From an uncultured Actinomycetota bacterium (GTDB lineage Bacteria; Actinomycetota; Actinomycetes; Streptosporangiales; Streptosporangiaceae): a stretch of 64,000 nt of DNA. The notes beneath the pieces were generated by a model, which did not search any database, was not told where the DNA came from, and worked only from the letters and a program-made list of their open reading frames with translations. Shown here one piece after another: positions 63,432-64,000 of this stretch. The position numbers and the translations under genes were made by a program. The DNA lies in the NCBI GenBank assembly GCA_963822485.1, contig CAWGHW010000002.1:20507-84506 (forward strand), written 5' to 3'. Numbering within the stretch: position 1 is the stretch's first letter; each line of letters begins with the position of its first letter.

Positions 63432-63585
63432 CCTCCCGACGAGGCCTGATCGAGGGCAGTCGGCCGCGCTAGAGCAAGACTTTCCTTGGCCGCGGTTGAC
63501 GACCCAGGTCTGCGCATCGACCTGAACTGCGCCGTCGACGCGCAAGTAAGTGCCGACTCGTGGCTCGGCAACGACACAAGTCAGG

Positions 63586-63969
63586 TCAGCGAACTTCGGT
63601 GTACTCGCTGTGATCCAGCTGCACGAGGTTGTCGTACTCGGTGCCCTCTGGCTCCGCCACGTCGGTGTACTGGCTGCCGTTCAGCCGCACGGCGCGAAAG
63701 CCGTCCCCGGAGAGCAGCTTGCGCAGGTGCCGCATCCCGCTCATGCCCGCGAGCGTGACAGCTACGGCGGCGGCGAGGACCGAGCCGCCGACCAGCGCGA
63801 GCCCGCCGACGACGTGTCCCAGAATCATCATGACCACTGCGGCCAGGAGCGCCACCGGCACGGCCGCCACCAGCAGCAGCGCGAGCACAGTCACGGCGAT
63901 CATGGCCCTGGCAGGCCTGGTCGGCCTGGCCGACGTCCGCTCCGCGTACCAACCGGTCATCACGCTCAC
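63586..63969 (-). CDS. Hypothetical membrane protein (2 TMS)
   Basis: 127-aa ORF. Contains MIAVTVLALLLVAAVPVALLAAVVMMILGHVVGGLALVGGSVLAAAVAVTLAG, then an acidic C-terminal tail. Confidence 0.5.
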   Translation of the reverse strand: MSVMTGWYAERTSARPTRPARAMIAVTVLALLLVAAVPVALLAAVVMMILGHVVGGLALVGGSVLAAAVAVTLAGMSGMRHLRKLLSGDGFRAVRLNGSQYTDVAEPEGTEYDNLVQLDHSEYTEVR

Positions 63970-64000
63970 CTCTCAAGGCCCGGAGCCCGTCAAGGCCCAG

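Noticed and set aside
62918-63577. 219-aa minus-strand ORF and the 157-aa ORF at 62670..63143
   Set aside because: They are antisense to the YCII gene or lie in the RDD/YCII spacer. The composition is low-complexity with no RBS. The short fragment ending ...HAGRCNATWAH* at 62761 is only 28 codons after a stop.

Overview
High-GC actinobacterial chromosomal segment, probably a Streptosporangiales or Streptomyces-type actinomycete. All calls come from reading the ORF track and the DNA by eye, with no searches run, so family assignments rest on remembered motifs.

I support about 65 protein-coding genes. I saw no rRNA, tRNA or CRISPR.

- **1-13.7 kb (core):** pstB-pstS-pstC, DUF1416-rhodanese-DUF4395-thioredoxin, an ECF sigma/anti-sigma pair, moaD, glnR, mshD, gamma-CA, a DivIVA-domain protein and ppx. 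As far as I recall, this order matches the M. tuberculosis Rv0814c-Rv0820 neighbourhood.
- **13.7-54 kb (mixed housekeeping and accessory):** peptidases, an MFS pump, two sugar kinases and a Tet(M)-like ribosomal protection gene with an APH-like kinase. Next come an ECF sigma, an anti-sigma with a Lys/His tail and a G1 (eqolisin) peptidase. Then BlaI/BlaR1, a 2-oxoacid dehydrogenase cluster, a Ser/Thr kinase, a hipB/hipA remnant, a YtrA-ABC module, furA-katG, and YVTN and PQQ propellers.
- **54-64 kb:** a HelD/HelR-type helicase preceded by an RAE-like 19-bp inverted repeat. After it comes a lower-GC patch of small HTH proteins, an IS630-like remnant, an AlkB-like oxygenase, and RDD and YCII genes.

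Most notable hunting results:
1. A family of palindromic elements sharing a TCATGATCNCG or GTGATCAC core sits in at least five intergenic regions. Two copies are 25-26-bp hairpins.
2. Tandem repeats with a 15-nt unit recur. One is coupled to the stop codon of the gamma-CA gene.
3. Gene decay appears at three loci. The E2 and RDD genes carry frame breaks at short repeats, and hipA is internally deleted behind an intact hipB with three perfect ACCGTACGGT operators.
4. An anti-sigma-like protein ends in a 72-residue Lys/His tail.
5. Two small ORFs with strong ribosome-binding sites are missing from the ORF track.
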